From Bacteroidota bacterium (lineage in GTDB: Bacteria > Bacteroidota > Bacteroidia > M30B66): a stretch of DNA of 64,000 bases. Both the position numbers and the translations under genes were made by a program. The notes beneath the pieces are model-generated. The model was not told the DNA's origin and searched no databases. It saw nothing but the letters and a program-made list of their open reading frames with translations. Location: assembly GCA_027483445.1 (NCBI GenBank), contig JAIXUS010000008.1, positions 60,487 to 124,486 of the forward strand, given 5' to 3'. Position 1 is the stretch's first letter. The number at the start of each line of letters is the position of its first letter. Below, in pieces: positions 32,138 to 42,402 of this stretch.

Positions 32138-33277
32138 GTGGAAATTACAAGAGCTATCGAAGATAGATTTCGTAAAGTACTTAGGCCCAATAAGGTAGTA
32201 TTGTTGTTGGGGGCTAGACGGACTGGAAAGACCTGGTTTCTCAAGACGGTGATACCAGGATTAGGGATGCCCTATCTTTTTTTAAACGGCGATGATGCAG
32301 CCGTTAGGAAGGTATTTGAAGAGCAAACGCTTTCCGGCTTTAGAAGTTTGGTTGGCAAAAACACACTTTTAGTTATTGATGAGGCACATCGGATTCCAGA
32401 AGTAGGTTGGGGGCTTAAGTTGATGGTAGATGAAATACCAGGTTTACACATTGTAGCTACTGGATCTTCAGTTTTTGATCTAAAAAACATTACCGGAGAG
32501 CCTTTAACAGGCCGAAAATCAGAGCTCTATCTTTACCCATTCGCACAAATGGAGCTCTCGACGCGCGAGAACTTTGCCGAGACCCGATCTGAATTAGCAG
32601 AGAGGCTCGTTTTTGGAACCTACCCTGAATTACTTCATCTAAAAAGCTTAAACGATAAGGCTGATTATTTGCGTGATATGGTTTCATCTTACCTGTTTAA
32701 GGACATCCTTGAATTTGATGGGGTAAGAAATTCAGGAAAGATTCAGGATTTGCTGCGCTTAATTGCCTTTCAGCCCGGTAAGGAAGTTTCAATGGATGAG
32801 CTAAGTAAGCATCTTGGGCTAAGCAAAAACACTGTTGACCGCTACCTTATGCTTCTTCAGAAGGTATTCATACTCCAAAAGTTACCCGGATTTAGCAGGA
32901 ATTTACGCAAGGAAGTTACTCGTCATTCCCGCTATTATTTTATCGATAATGGCGTTCGTAATGCCTTGATTAACAACTTTAATCCCATTCCCTTACGAAA
33001 TGATGTTGGTGAGTTGTGGGAAAGCTACCTGATTATGGAGCGGGTAAAGTATCAATCATATACGAACCTTTACTCGTTAAACTACTTTTGGAGGACCTAT
33101 CAGCAGCAGGAAATCGATTTTATTGAAGACCGTGAGGGGAAACTATATGCTTACGAATTCAAATGGAATATGGATAAAAAGTCCAAGATTCCATCTGCCT
33201 GGAAAGAGGCATATCCAGATTCGGAATTCAATACGATTGATCCAAGCAACTACTTGTTTTGGATTGATAAAGTATGA
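32138..33277 (+). CDS. AAA+ ATPase with a C-terminal DUF4143 domain (AAA_14 family)
   Basis: Walker A 'LLGARRTGKTW' and Walker B 'LLVIDEAH' are present. The C-terminal region is conserved in the archaeal/bacterial DUF4143 ATPases. A GTG start is inferred. Confidence 0.75.
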   Translation: MEITRAIEDRFRKVLRPNKVVLLLGARRTGKTWFLKTVIPGLGMPYLFLNGDDAAVRKVFEEQTLSGFRSLVGKNTLLVIDEAHRIPEVGWGLKLMVDEIPGLHIVATGSSVFDLKNITGEPLTGRKSELYLYPFAQMELSTRENFAETRSELAERLVFGTYPELLHLKSLNDKADYLRDMVSSYLFKDILEFDGVRNSGKIQDLLRLIAFQPGKEVSMDELSKHLGLSKNTVDRYLMLLQKVFILQKLPGFSRNLRKEVTRHSRYYFIDNGVRNALINNFNPIPLRNDVGELWESYLIMERVKYQSYTNLYSLNYFWRTYQQQEIDFIEDREGKLYAYEFKWNMDKKSKIPSAWKEAYPDSEFNTIDPSNYLFWIDKV

Positions 33278-33394
33278 GTTACTTCCTGTGTTATAGCGAG
33301 TTGAGCAACACTTGAAATAGGAGGTTTATCGTTTTTTGAGGAGGAGTCGGTAATGCGTTTTTCGGGAATGGTAATTTTCGGTGAATCTTTAAAT

Positions 33395-34621
33395 CTACCA
33401 CTGGGTTGCAGCGATCAGTAGGTCAAGGTCTTTATATGGAATATTGTATGTTTCCCCGATGTACTTATGGGTGAGCATTCCATTATATAAGTAAACTCCA
33501 TTTCTAACGCCGGGACTTTGGCGTAGGTAGTTTTCAAGTCCACCTTTTCCTCCCATTTCTAATAAAATAGGGGTGAATATGTTGCTTAAAGCAATAGATG
33601 CCGTTTGTGCTACTCTTGATGCTACATTTGGCACACAATAATGAACCACACCATACTTTCTAAAAACGGGATTCTCATGATTCGTCACTTGTGATGTTTC
33701 AAAACAACCGCCTTGATCAATCGATATATCTACGATTACAGATCCAAATTTCATGTTACTTACCATGTCTTCTGTAACCACAACAGGGGTTCTCCCTTCT
33801 TTTGCTCGAAGCGCTCCAATCACAACATCGGCGGTGGATAGTGCCTTTTCCAGCTCAACAGGTTCAATAATTGAGGTGAACAATCTCATTCCAAGATCAT
33901 TTTGAAGTCGACGGAGGCGATAAAGGCTGTTGTCGAAAATCTTTACGGTTGCTCCCAGACCCACAGCCGCTCTTGCAGAAAATTCACCAACAGTTCCTGC
34001 TCCAATAATAACCACCTCAGTTGGAGGTACGCCGGAAATTCCTCCAAGCATCATCCCTCTCCCTCCATTGGTTGTGCTCATATATTCAGAGGCTACCAGT
34101 ATGGCTGTATTTCCAGCAATTTCGCTCATTGCACGAACAATCGGGTAAATGCCAGAGCGATCTTTGATGAAGTCGAATGCTAAACCAGTGATTTTCTTTG
34201 AAATGAGATGATTGAAAAAGTTTTTTTGTTGAACGGTGAGTTGTAATGCAGAAATAAGACATTGCTTATAACTCATCATTTCAATTTCTTCGAAGGTTGG
34301 AGGGGCTACCTTCAATACAATATCGGCCTTGTAAACCTGTTCCGTATTGTAGGCTATTTGTGCCCCGGCTTCACTGTAGTCTTTGTCCTGGAAATTTGAA
34401 TGCAGCCCTGCTCCAGTTTCAACCATAACATTATGGCCATTGTTCACAAGAACTGCAACTGCAGCAGGCACCAGAGAAACCCTTCTTTCTTGAAACGAGG
34501 TTTCTTTCGGGATACCAATATGCAAACGTGCAGTGCCTCTGGCAACTTCGAGCATCTCTTCCTGCGGAAGCAATCCACCCTGTGTTGCCATGCGAATCAG
34601 GGGATTAGGGTCGTTAGTCAT
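33395..34621 (-). CDS. ald: Alanine dehydrogenase / PNT-family NAD(H)-dependent dehydrogenase
   Basis: It has 'IGIPKE' and the 'VVIIGAGTVG' NAD-binding fold. There are about 20-30 extra N-terminal residues, so the true start may be an internal Met at 34591 or 34555. Confidence 0.7.
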   Translation of the reverse strand: MTNDPNPLIRMATQGGLLPQEEMLEVARGTARLHIGIPKETSFQERRVSLVPAAVAVLVNNGHNVMVETGAGLHSNFQDKDYSEAGAQIAYNTEQVYKADIVLKVAPPTFEEIEMMSYKQCLISALQLTVQQKNFFNHLISKKITGLAFDFIKDRSGIYPIVRAMSEIAGNTAILVASEYMSTTNGGRGMMLGGISGVPPTEVVIIGAGTVGEFSARAAVGLGATVKIFDNSLYRLRRLQNDLGMRLFTSIIEPVELEKALSTADVVIGALRAKEGRTPVVVTEDMVSNMKFGSVIVDISIDQGGCFETSQVTNHENPVFRKYGVVHYCVPNVASRVAQTASIALSNIFTPILLEMGGKGGLENYLRQSPGVRNGVYLYNGMLTHKYIGETYNIPYKDLDLLIAATQW

Positions 34622-34656
34622 TCGTTGTTTTGAACAAGGGACGATAAAGATAGGGC

Positions 34657-35085
34657 TTAGTCGATAACTTCGGCGCTTACTTTACGACCGTCTTCCAACA
34701 GTTGAATGTGAATTTTTACATACCGATCTGGTAATAAGCCGGGTGCAACAGATGGCCACTCAATAAAACAGTAATTTCCGCTGTAGATTAGCTCGTCTAG
34801 TCCAGCTTCGAAACCTTCCTCTTCATGCTTTAAGCGGTAAAAATCAAAATGATACACGGTTTGCAACTGCTGGGTTGTATACTGATTTACCAAGGCATAC
34901 GTTGGGGATTGAACGACATCCCTGCTCCCAAGAGCTTTTACCAATGCTGCAATGGTGGTCGTTTTTCCAGAACCCATCTCTCCTTCTAGGGCGAACACTT
35001 TTTGTTTAGAAAAGTATTTCCAGAATTCTTTGGCAAATGAATCTATTGCTTTTAAATCAGGAATTATATACTCAAATACAGCCAT
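34657..35085 (-). CDS. tsaE: tRNA threonylcarbamoyladenosine biosynthesis protein TsaE
   Basis: The size of 142 aa and the P-loop 'GEMGSGKTT' are typical of YjeE/TsaE. Confidence 0.85.
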   Translation of the reverse strand: MAVFEYIIPDLKAIDSFAKEFWKYFSKQKVFALEGEMGSGKTTTIAALVKALGSRDVVQSPTYALVNQYTTQQLQTVYHFDFYRLKHEEEGFEAGLDELIYSGNYCFIEWPSVAPGLLPDRYVKIHIQLLEDGRKVSAEVID

Positions 35086-35130
35086 TTAAGTCCATCAAAA
35101 GCCAGAAAAAAAGTTTCATTGATTCAATAT

Positions 35131-36684
35131 TTACCGAACGCTCAGGGTGATGTATGGAATGAGCATTTCTTCTAATGATATACCTCCATGCTGAAATGTG
35201 TTTCGGTAGTAATTTACGTAGTAATTGTAGTTATTGGGGTAGGCGAAAAATTTATCCTCTTTGGCAAACACAAAACCTGAACTAACATGCTGTCGTGGAA
35301 GGTAAATATCGGCTGGGTTTTTTACCTCAAAAACGTCTCTTTTCTCGTAGTTCAGATTTTTACCTTGTTTATAACGGAGGTTTGTATTGGTATTTCGATC
35401 GCCAATAATTTTACTAGGTTCCGTTACTCGAATGGTACCATGGTCGGTAGTGATGATTAAACGAGCTTTGCGTTCGGCAATTTGACGGAAAATATCCAGT
35501 AAAGGTGAATGCTCAAGCCAGCTTTGTGTAATTGAGCGATAGGCTTTTTCATCGTCAGCAAGCTCACGGATTACCTCCATTTCTGTTCGAGCGTGAGAGA
35601 GCATATCTACAAAATTGTAAACAATTACATTGAATTTGTTAACCATTAAATTCGGAATGTTATCCGACAACTTTTTTCCAGCCTGGAGATTGGTGATTTT
35701 CGTGTAAGAAGTTTTGATGTCTTTACCCAATCGTTTGAGCTGCTCCTGCATGAAAAACTCTTCATGTAGGTTTTTCCCTCCTTCATCTTCATCGTTAAGC
35801 CAATATTTTGGATAACGCTTTTCAATTTCTGAAGGCATCAACCCTGCAAAAAAGGCGTTACGCGCATACTGAGTTGCAGTAGGCAAAATGGAGCAGTACA
35901 AATCCTCTTGGTCAACTTTAAAATAATCATTCAATAGAGGTTGAATAACCTTCCATTGGTCGTATCTGAGGTTATCAATCAAGACCAAGAATGTAGTTTC
36001 TGCCTTGTCAATTTCAGGGATTACCCTGTTTTTGAAAATTGTATGAGAGAGTAGGGGAGCATTGGCATCCTTACCATTTAGCCAATCCTGATAATTATGA
36101 ATGATGTATTTATTAAACTGAGTATTGGCTTCGGATTTCTGCATGCGTAAGATTTCTTCCATGCCTTCTTCCTTAGAACGGGTTAATTCTAACTCCCAAA
36201 AAACCAACTTCTGATACACTTCTTTCCACTCATTAAAATTAAGCCGGTCGCTGAGTGTCATCCCAATTTGCCTAAACTCCTGCTGGTAAGCCGATGATGT
36301 TTTCTCACGAATCAACCGCTTATTTTCAAGGTTCTTTTTCAGTGAAAGCAAAATTTGGTTGGGATTAACAGGTTTGATTAGATAATCGGAGATTTGTGAG
36401 CCAATGGCATCTTCCATAATGTGCTCTTCTTCCGATTTGGTGATCATCACAACAGGTATATCGTTTCGGATTTGCTTTATCTTCACCAGAGTTTCCAAGC
36501 CGGATATTCCAGGCATGTTTTCATCCAGAAAAATAATATCAAAGGGTTGTTCCTTCACAAGGTCTAACGCATCGTCGCCTGAGTTGGCCGTTGCTACTTC
36601 ATAGCCTTTTTCTTTCAAAAAAAGGATATGTGGCTTGAGCAATTCGATTTCGTCATCGGCCCAGAGTATATTGATCTTATCCAT
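35131..36684 (-). CDS. porX: PorX-type response regulator: CheY receiver fused to a PglZ/alkaline-phosphatase-like domain (T9SS regulator)
   Basis: The N-terminal receiver has the acceptor Asp 'IIFLDENMPG' and a 'K' in 'LIKP'. A roughly 380-aa C-terminal PglZ-like domain gives a total of 517 aa, as in PorX. Confidence 0.75.
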   Translation of the reverse strand: MDKINILWADDEIELLKPHILFLKEKGYEVATANSGDDALDLVKEQPFDIIFLDENMPGISGLETLVKIKQIRNDIPVVMITKSEEEHIMEDAIGSQISDYLIKPVNPNQILLSLKKNLENKRLIREKTSSAYQQEFRQIGMTLSDRLNFNEWKEVYQKLVFWELELTRSKEEGMEEILRMQKSEANTQFNKYIIHNYQDWLNGKDANAPLLSHTIFKNRVIPEIDKAETTFLVLIDNLRYDQWKVIQPLLNDYFKVDQEDLYCSILPTATQYARNAFFAGLMPSEIEKRYPKYWLNDEDEGGKNLHEEFFMQEQLKRLGKDIKTSYTKITNLQAGKKLSDNIPNLMVNKFNVIVYNFVDMLSHARTEMEVIRELADDEKAYRSITQSWLEHSPLLDIFRQIAERKARLIITTDHGTIRVTEPSKIIGDRNTNTNLRYKQGKNLNYEKRDVFEVKNPADIYLPRQHVSSGFVFAKEDKFFAYPNNYNYYVNYYRNTFQHGGISLEEMLIPYITLSVR

Positions 36685-36749
36685 AGCAGGAAATTGTCTA
36701 TTTTGGTGGCTGCCAAATTACCTGTACAAACAGGATAATCCAGTTAATA

Positions 36750-38003
36750 TTGTCGGTGAACCTTACGCAAAACAAAAAAAAGCTAATTAACGATCCGGTG
36801 TACGGTTTTATAACCATTCCCGATGAGTTGTTGTATGATATTATTGAGCATCCTTGGTTTCAACGGTTGCGTCGCATTCAGCAATTGGGATTAACCGATT
36901 ATGTTTATCCGGGTGCAAAGCATAGTCGTTTCCACCATGCCATCGGTGCGATGCACCTGATGACCCTTGCATTAGAAGCATTAAAAAGCAAGGGCCACAT
37001 GATTACCGACGATGAATCGAGAGGCGTGCTTGCTGCCATTTTATTGCATGATATCGGGCATGGTCCTTTTTCTCACGCACTTGAGCATTCCATTATTCCC
37101 GACCTCCATCATGAAAGTCTTTCCGTTATGTTTATGGAGGAGCTCAATATTGATATGGGAGGCCGCCTCGACACCTGTATTGCCATTTTTACCAACAGAT
37201 ACCCCAAAAAGTTCTTGCATCAACTGGTGAGCAGTCAACTTGATATGGATCGGCTTGATTATCTGAATCGTGACAGCTTTTTCACCGGCGTTGCCGAAGG
37301 AACAGTCGGAAGTGACCGAATAATAAAGATGTTGGATATTGTTGATGATCAAATTGTTGTGCAGGAAAAGGGCATCTACAGCATCGAAAAGTTTCTCTTG
37401 GCCAGACGCTTAATGTACTGGCAGGTATATTTACACAAAACCGTGCTTGCTGCCGAAAATCTACTGGTGAATATGCTGCGAAAAGCCAGAACTTTAGCCA
37501 TGTCGGGTGTTGATTTACCCATGCCTTCCAACCTCCGAGATTTTCTAAATGGTCGCTACAGCGCATCCGCTTCAACAGAACGCCGTTCGCTGTGTGAGGC
37601 TTTCGCAGGCTTGGATGATTATGATATATTTGCAGCCGCAAAGGAATGGATGAATTATCCCGACCCTATTCTCAAAGATTTGAGTTCACGATTGCTTAAC
37701 CGGGAGCTGTTTCGCATTCAGCTCGATTTTCAGCCTTTTGACGAGGCTCGAATTCACCGTTTAAGGCAGGCTTGGATGAGTTTGGGCTATTCACCTTCAG
37801 ACCTCGAATACTACGTGTTTACCGGTGAAATCACCAATAGTGCCTATAAAGTTGGAGATGAGAATATCAACGTTATACTGAAGTCGGGTCAGGTAATGGA
37901 TATTCGAAGAGCCTCTGATCAGCTTGGGCTATCGGTATTAACGCAGTCGACCCGGAAGTTTTTCCTTTGCTATCCTAAAGAACTCGATACTCTATCTGCA
38001 TAA
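36750..38003 (+). CDS. HD-domain phosphohydrolase (dGTPase-like)
   Basis: 'HSRFHHAIGAMHL' and 'LLHDIGHGPFSH' form the HD motif. It sits immediately upstream of lpxD. Confidence 0.8.
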   Translation: MSVNLTQNKKKLINDPVYGFITIPDELLYDIIEHPWFQRLRRIQQLGLTDYVYPGAKHSRFHHAIGAMHLMTLALEALKSKGHMITDDESRGVLAAILLHDIGHGPFSHALEHSIIPDLHHESLSVMFMEELNIDMGGRLDTCIAIFTNRYPKKFLHQLVSSQLDMDRLDYLNRDSFFTGVAEGTVGSDRIIKMLDIVDDQIVVQEKGIYSIEKFLLARRLMYWQVYLHKTVLAAENLLVNMLRKARTLAMSGVDLPMPSNLRDFLNGRYSASASTERRSLCEAFAGLDDYDIFAAAKEWMNYPDPILKDLSSRLLNRELFRIQLDFQPFDEARIHRLRQAWMSLGYSPSDLEYYVFTGEITNSAYKVGDENINVILKSGQVMDIRRASDQLGLSVLTQSTRKFFLCYPKELDTLSA

Positions 38004-38006
38004 CGA

Positions 38007-39053
38007 ATGGAATTCACAGCCCAACAAATCGCCGACCTTCTCCAAGGTGTAATCGAAGGCAACGCGCAAGTGAAAGTGAGCAGGCTTGCCAAAATTGAAG
38101 AGGGCGAACCTGGAACACTCACTTTTTTGGCGAACCCTAAATACGAAGAATTTATCTACACTACCGGGGCAAGCCTTGTAGTTGTGAATGAATCTTTTGC
38201 ACCCGAAAAGCCAATCTCTGCTACACTGGTTAGGGTTAAGGACGCCTACAAAAGCTTTGCGGTGCTGCTCGATACATACAATAAAATCCAACAGAAAAAA
38301 CCAAGTCGAGAAGAACCTCATTACCTGGCATCTTCAGCTAAGATTGGCGGAAATCCTTACATCGGTGCTTTCGTATACGTAGGCGAAAATTCTGAGATTG
38401 GAGACAATGTGCGATTGTATCCAGGAGTGTATATTGGAGATAATGTTAAAATTGGTTCAAACACCACGCTATTCCCGGGCGTAAAGGTTTATGGCGATTG
38501 TATCATTGGCAACCACTGTACATTGCATGCCGGAGTAGTTGTAGGTGGTGATGGCTTTGGGTTTGCTCCTCAAGATGACACCAACTATTTGAAAGTAGCT
38601 CAGATTGGAAACGTGATCATTGAAGATCATGTTGAAATTGGTTCTAACACCACAATTGATCGGGCTACACTTGGCTCTACCATCATTCGTAAAGGTGTAA
38701 AGCTGGATAACCTTATTCAAGTTGCGCATAACGTAGAGATTGGCGAGCACACTGTAATTGCTGCCCAAACCGGCATTGCAGGCTCAACCAAAATTGGTCG
38801 GTTCTGCATGATTGGAGGTCAGGTTGGAATTGTTGGTCATCTTGTAATTGCTGACAAAGTGAAGATTGCAGCCCAGTCGGGAATTGGGTCACCCATAACA
38901 AAAGAGGGCGAAATTGTTCAGGGTTCGCCGGCTTTCGGCATTGGTGATTACAAAAAATCATATGTAGGGTTTCGCCGTCTTCCAGAAATCCTTGCGCGCT
39001 TAGAAGAACTTGAAAAACTGGTGAAAGAATCCCAATTCCCTCAAAATGGCTGA
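38007..39053 (+). CDS. lpxD: UDP-3-O-acylglucosamine N-acyltransferase
   Basis: It contains left-handed beta-helix hexapeptide repeats, and its N-terminal domain is typical of LpxD. Confidence 0.9.
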   Translation: MEFTAQQIADLLQGVIEGNAQVKVSRLAKIEEGEPGTLTFLANPKYEEFIYTTGASLVVVNESFAPEKPISATLVRVKDAYKSFAVLLDTYNKIQQKKPSREEPHYLASSAKIGGNPYIGAFVYVGENSEIGDNVRLYPGVYIGDNVKIGSNTTLFPGVKVYGDCIIGNHCTLHAGVVVGGDGFGFAPQDDTNYLKVAQIGNVIIEDHVEIGSNTTIDRATLGSTIIRKGVKLDNLIQVAHNVEIGEHTVIAAQTGIAGSTKIGRFCMIGGQVGIVGHLVIADKVKIAAQSGIGSPITKEGEIVQGSPAFGIGDYKKSYVGFRRLPEILARLEELEKLVKESQFPQNG

Positions 39054-40455
39054 TTTACAGAAAACGATTAAGCAAAATGCTTCCTTAAGTGGAGTAGGAT
39101 TGCACACCGGAGCAAACGTTAATATGTTATTCTTACCCGCTCAGGCAGGAAAAGGTATTGTTTTTCGTCGAACCGATCTTCCCGGAGAGCCGGATGTGCC
39201 AGCTGATGTTGATTATGTGGTTGAAACAGCAAGAGGCACAACCCTAGAAAAAGATGGTGTACGCGTAGCCACTGTTGAGCATGCATTGGCGGCCGCAAGT
39301 GGATTGGGTATCGACAATTTAGTGATTGCTATTGATGGTCCTGAAATTCCTATTCTAGATGGTTCTTCAAAACCATTTACAGAGGCGTTAATTGAAGCAG
39401 GAATCACTGAATTGGAGGCTGAACGAGATTACTATGAGCTAAAAACCAATGTGTTTTATACAGACCCGGCTCGGGGAGTAGAAATCATGGCTGTTCCTTC
39501 CGATTCCTATAAAGTAAAGGTGATGATCGATTTCAACTCCAGGGTGCTTGGGTTTCAGCATGCGCAGTTAAATGACATCAGTGAGTTCGATCATGAAATT
39601 GCTTCTTGCCGAACTTTTGTATTTCTTCACGAACTGAAGACTCTATTGGATAACAATCTGATTAAAGGTGGTGATTTAAGTAATGCAATTGTTTACGTAG
39701 ATCGCGAACTTTCTGACGATGAGCAAGATAGTCTCAGTAAAGTGTTCGGAAGAAGCGATATGAAGGTTACCACGGATGGCACTTTAAATAATGTAGAACT
39801 CACTCATCAGAATGAGGCAGCCCGTCATAAACTGCTTGATGTTATTGGCGATTTGAGTCTGGTTGGGCGCCCAATTAAAGCCCAAGTTTTTGCAACTCGT
39901 CCGGGACACGCCGCCAATGTTGAGTTTGCCCGAAAGATAAAGCAACTCATTAAGGCAGAAAAGGGTAAAAAATCAGATGCCTGGGAGTACGATTTGTCGC
40001 AACCACCGATGTATAACATCAACGACATAGCCCGTATTCTTCCTCACCGACCCCCATTTTTATTGATCGATAAGATTATGGAAATGAGCGACAGCCACGT
40101 GATCGGATTGAAGAATGTGACCATGAATGAGGATTTTTTCAAAGGTCATTTTCCCGGGAATCCCGTTATGCCCGGGGTTTTGATTATCGAGGCTATGGCA
40201 CAGGTTGGCGGCATTCTAGTATTGAATACCGTACCTGATCCGGAAAATTATCTCACATACTTCATGAAGATCGACAATGTTCGATTCAAGCAAAAAGTTA
40301 TACCAGGCGATACTTTGGTGTTTAAACTTGAGCTTCTTTCGCCCATTCGTCGAGGCATCTGCCACATGAAAGGCATTGCCTATGTGAATGGAAAGCCGGT
40401 AACTGAGGCAGAAATGATGGCTCAAATTGTGAAAGAAAAAGGATTGAGTGACTAA
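39046..40455 (+). CDS. lpxC/fabZ: Bifunctional UDP-3-O-acyl-GlcNAc deacetylase / 3-hydroxyacyl-ACP dehydratase (LpxC-FabZ fusion)
   Basis: The N-terminal roughly 300 aa match LpxC and the C-terminal 'HFPGNPVMPGVLIIEAMAQ' is a FabZ hot-dog motif. The fusion is characteristic of Bacteroidota. Confidence 0.9.
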   Translation: MADLQKTIKQNASLSGVGLHTGANVNMLFLPAQAGKGIVFRRTDLPGEPDVPADVDYVVETARGTTLEKDGVRVATVEHALAAASGLGIDNLVIAIDGPEIPILDGSSKPFTEALIEAGITELEAERDYYELKTNVFYTDPARGVEIMAVPSDSYKVKVMIDFNSRVLGFQHAQLNDISEFDHEIASCRTFVFLHELKTLLDNNLIKGGDLSNAIVYVDRELSDDEQDSLSKVFGRSDMKVTTDGTLNNVELTHQNEAARHKLLDVIGDLSLVGRPIKAQVFATRPGHAANVEFARKIKQLIKAEKGKKSDAWEYDLSQPPMYNINDIARILPHRPPFLLIDKIMEMSDSHVIGLKNVTMNEDFFKGHFPGNPVMPGVLIIEAMAQVGGILVLNTVPDPENYLTYFMKIDNVRFKQKVIPGDTLVFKLELLSPIRRGICHMKGIAYVNGKPVTEAEMMAQIVKEKGLSD

Positions 40456-40481
40456 TCCTTCCTTTTTCTACTTTTGCCGGA

Positions 40482-41267
40482 ATGATTCAGCCCTTAGCCT
40501 ACATCCATCCCAACGCAAAGATTGCCCCGGGAGTTACCATTGACCCTTTTGCTGTTATCCATGGTGACGTTGAAATTGGTGAGGGCTCATGGATTGGCTC
40601 AAACGTAACCATTATGGATGGTGCTCGGATTGGCAAAAATTGTCGCATTTTTCCGGGTGCCGTTATTTCAGCCATACCTCAAGACCTTAAGTTTGGTGGC
40701 GAAAAAACCACCGTTGAGATTGGCGATCACGTGACCATTCGAGAGTGCGTTACAGTTAATCGTGGAACCGTAGATAAAATGACTACGAGAGTTGGAAGTC
40801 ACACTTTGGTTATGGCTTACTCTCACATTGCTCACGATTGTTTGGTAGGCGAACACTGTATTATTGCCAATGCTGTAAATATGGCAGGCCACGTTGGTGT
40901 TGGCGATTATGCTGTTATTGGAGGAATGTCGGCCATACATCAGTTTGTTCAAATTGGCCAACATGTGATGGTTTCGGGAGGTTCTTTGGTTCGAAAAGAT
41001 ATACCCCCGTTTGTTAAAGCAGGTCGTGAGCCCTTGGCCTACGTAGGCATCAATTCTATTGGTTTGCGACGTCGTGGGTTTGGAAATGAGCAAATTAGCG
41101 GTATTCAAGACTTCTATCGCATATTATATGTAAGTGGCTTGAATACAACTGCCGCCTTACAGAAAATTGAAGCAGAACTTCCGGCAACCCCCGAACGAGA
41201 CGAGATGATTCTGTTCATAAGTAACTCACGACGAGGCATCATGCGTGGATATGGAAAAGATGAGTAA
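40482..41267 (+). CDS. lpxA: Acyl-ACP--UDP-GlcNAc O-acyltransferase
   Basis: The hexapeptide-repeat N-terminal region and the length of 261 aa fit LpxA. Confidence 0.9.
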   Translation: MIQPLAYIHPNAKIAPGVTIDPFAVIHGDVEIGEGSWIGSNVTIMDGARIGKNCRIFPGAVISAIPQDLKFGGEKTTVEIGDHVTIRECVTVNRGTVDKMTTRVGSHTLVMAYSHIAHDCLVGEHCIIANAVNMAGHVGVGDYAVIGGMSAIHQFVQIGQHVMVSGGSLVRKDIPPFVKAGREPLAYVGINSIGLRRRGFGNEQISGIQDFYRILYVSGLNTTAALQKIEAELPATPERDEMILFISNSRRGIMRGYGKDE

Positions 41268-41278
41268 ACAGCAAGCGT

Positions 41279-41896
41279 ATGGAAATTAGCCTGAATAATG
41301 CAGGTAAACGCTTCAATTTTAATTGGATATTCCGTCACGTAAACCTTCAAATCCAAACAGGCTCTTCTTGGGTTTTGTTAGGAGCCAATGGTAGTGGAAA
41401 GTCCACTTTACTTCAAATATTGGCCGGCAATACAAGTATTTCAGAGGGCGAAATCAACTGGAAGATTAACGGACTGCACGAAGAACGCGATACTGTATTT
41501 CAATCGGTAACCATTGCCGCGCCTTACCTTGAACTCATCGAGGAATTTACTTTGGCTGAACATCTTAATTTTCATTTTTCGATAAAACCTCCAATCGGGA
41601 AGTTAAGTATCAATGAACTACTAGCACTTTCGGGTCTCAAGGCGAAATCGGATCTTCGAATTAGCTACTTTTCATCAGGCATGAAACAGCGGGTAAAACT
41701 CTTACTGGCTATCCTTTCAGACACCCCTTTATTGTTGCTTGATGAGCCGCTTTCAAACCTTGACCGATCGGCTGCACGTTGGTATCAGTCGTTAATCGAA
41801 GAGTACGGAAAAGGAAGAACCATTGTGGTTTGCTCAAATTCTGTGGAAGAGGAGTATCGGTTCTGCCATCACCAATTTCAAATATCGTTGTCATGA
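41279..41896 (+). CDS. Small ABC transporter ATP-binding protein with no adjacent permease
   Basis: Walker A 'GANGSGKST', a signature-like 'FSSGMKQR' and Walker B 'LLLDEP' are present. Confidence 0.75.
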   Translation: MEISLNNAGKRFNFNWIFRHVNLQIQTGSSWVLLGANGSGKSTLLQILAGNTSISEGEINWKINGLHEERDTVFQSVTIAAPYLELIEEFTLAEHLNFHFSIKPPIGKLSINELLALSGLKAKSDLRISYFSSGMKQRVKLLLAILSDTPLLLLDEPLSNLDRSAARWYQSLIEEYGKGRTIVVCSNSVEEEYRFCHHQFQISLS

Positions 41897-42402
41897 AAAC
41901 TATTGGGTTGATGTCTGATACTCACGGACATATTGATCCTCTAGTATTCAAGTATTTTGAGCCCTGTGATGAGATATGGCATGCGGGCGATATAGGTTTG
42001 GCCGCCACGGCGGATGAATTGAGCGCATTCAAGCCTTTGCGCGCGGTATATGGAAACATTGATGGCGCCGAGTTAAGGCGAATGTTTTCAGAAGAGTTGG
42101 TATGGGATTGTGAAGGACTGAAGGTTTATATGACGCACATAGGAGGTTACCCCGGACGTTATCCTGCAAGGATTAAGCAGCGTATAATGCAGGAGCGCCC
42201 TGGTTTGTTTCTGTGTGGTCACTCCCACATTTTGAAAGTTATGTTCGACAAGGAACATCAGTTAGTACACATGAATCCAGGTGCAGCGGGTATTCATGGT
42301 TTTCACGTAAAAAAGACCCTAATCAGGTTTCGGGTTTCAGCAGGTAAAATAATTGAACCTCAAGCCATTGAAATAGGTGATCGGGTTAGTCGTAAGGCTT
42401 AA
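41893..42402 (+). CDS. Metallophosphoesterase (YfcE/MJ0936 family)
   Basis: 'MSDTHGH', 'HAGDIG' and 'GHSH' are metal-binding motifs. The ATG at 41893 overlaps the ABC gene stop as ATGA. Confidence 0.8.
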   Translation: MKTIGLMSDTHGHIDPLVFKYFEPCDEIWHAGDIGLAATADELSAFKPLRAVYGNIDGAELRRMFSEELVWDCEGLKVYMTHIGGYPGRYPARIKQRIMQERPGLFLCGHSHILKVMFDKEHQLVHMNPGAAGIHGFHVKKTLIRFRVSAGKIIEPQAIEIGDRVSRKA

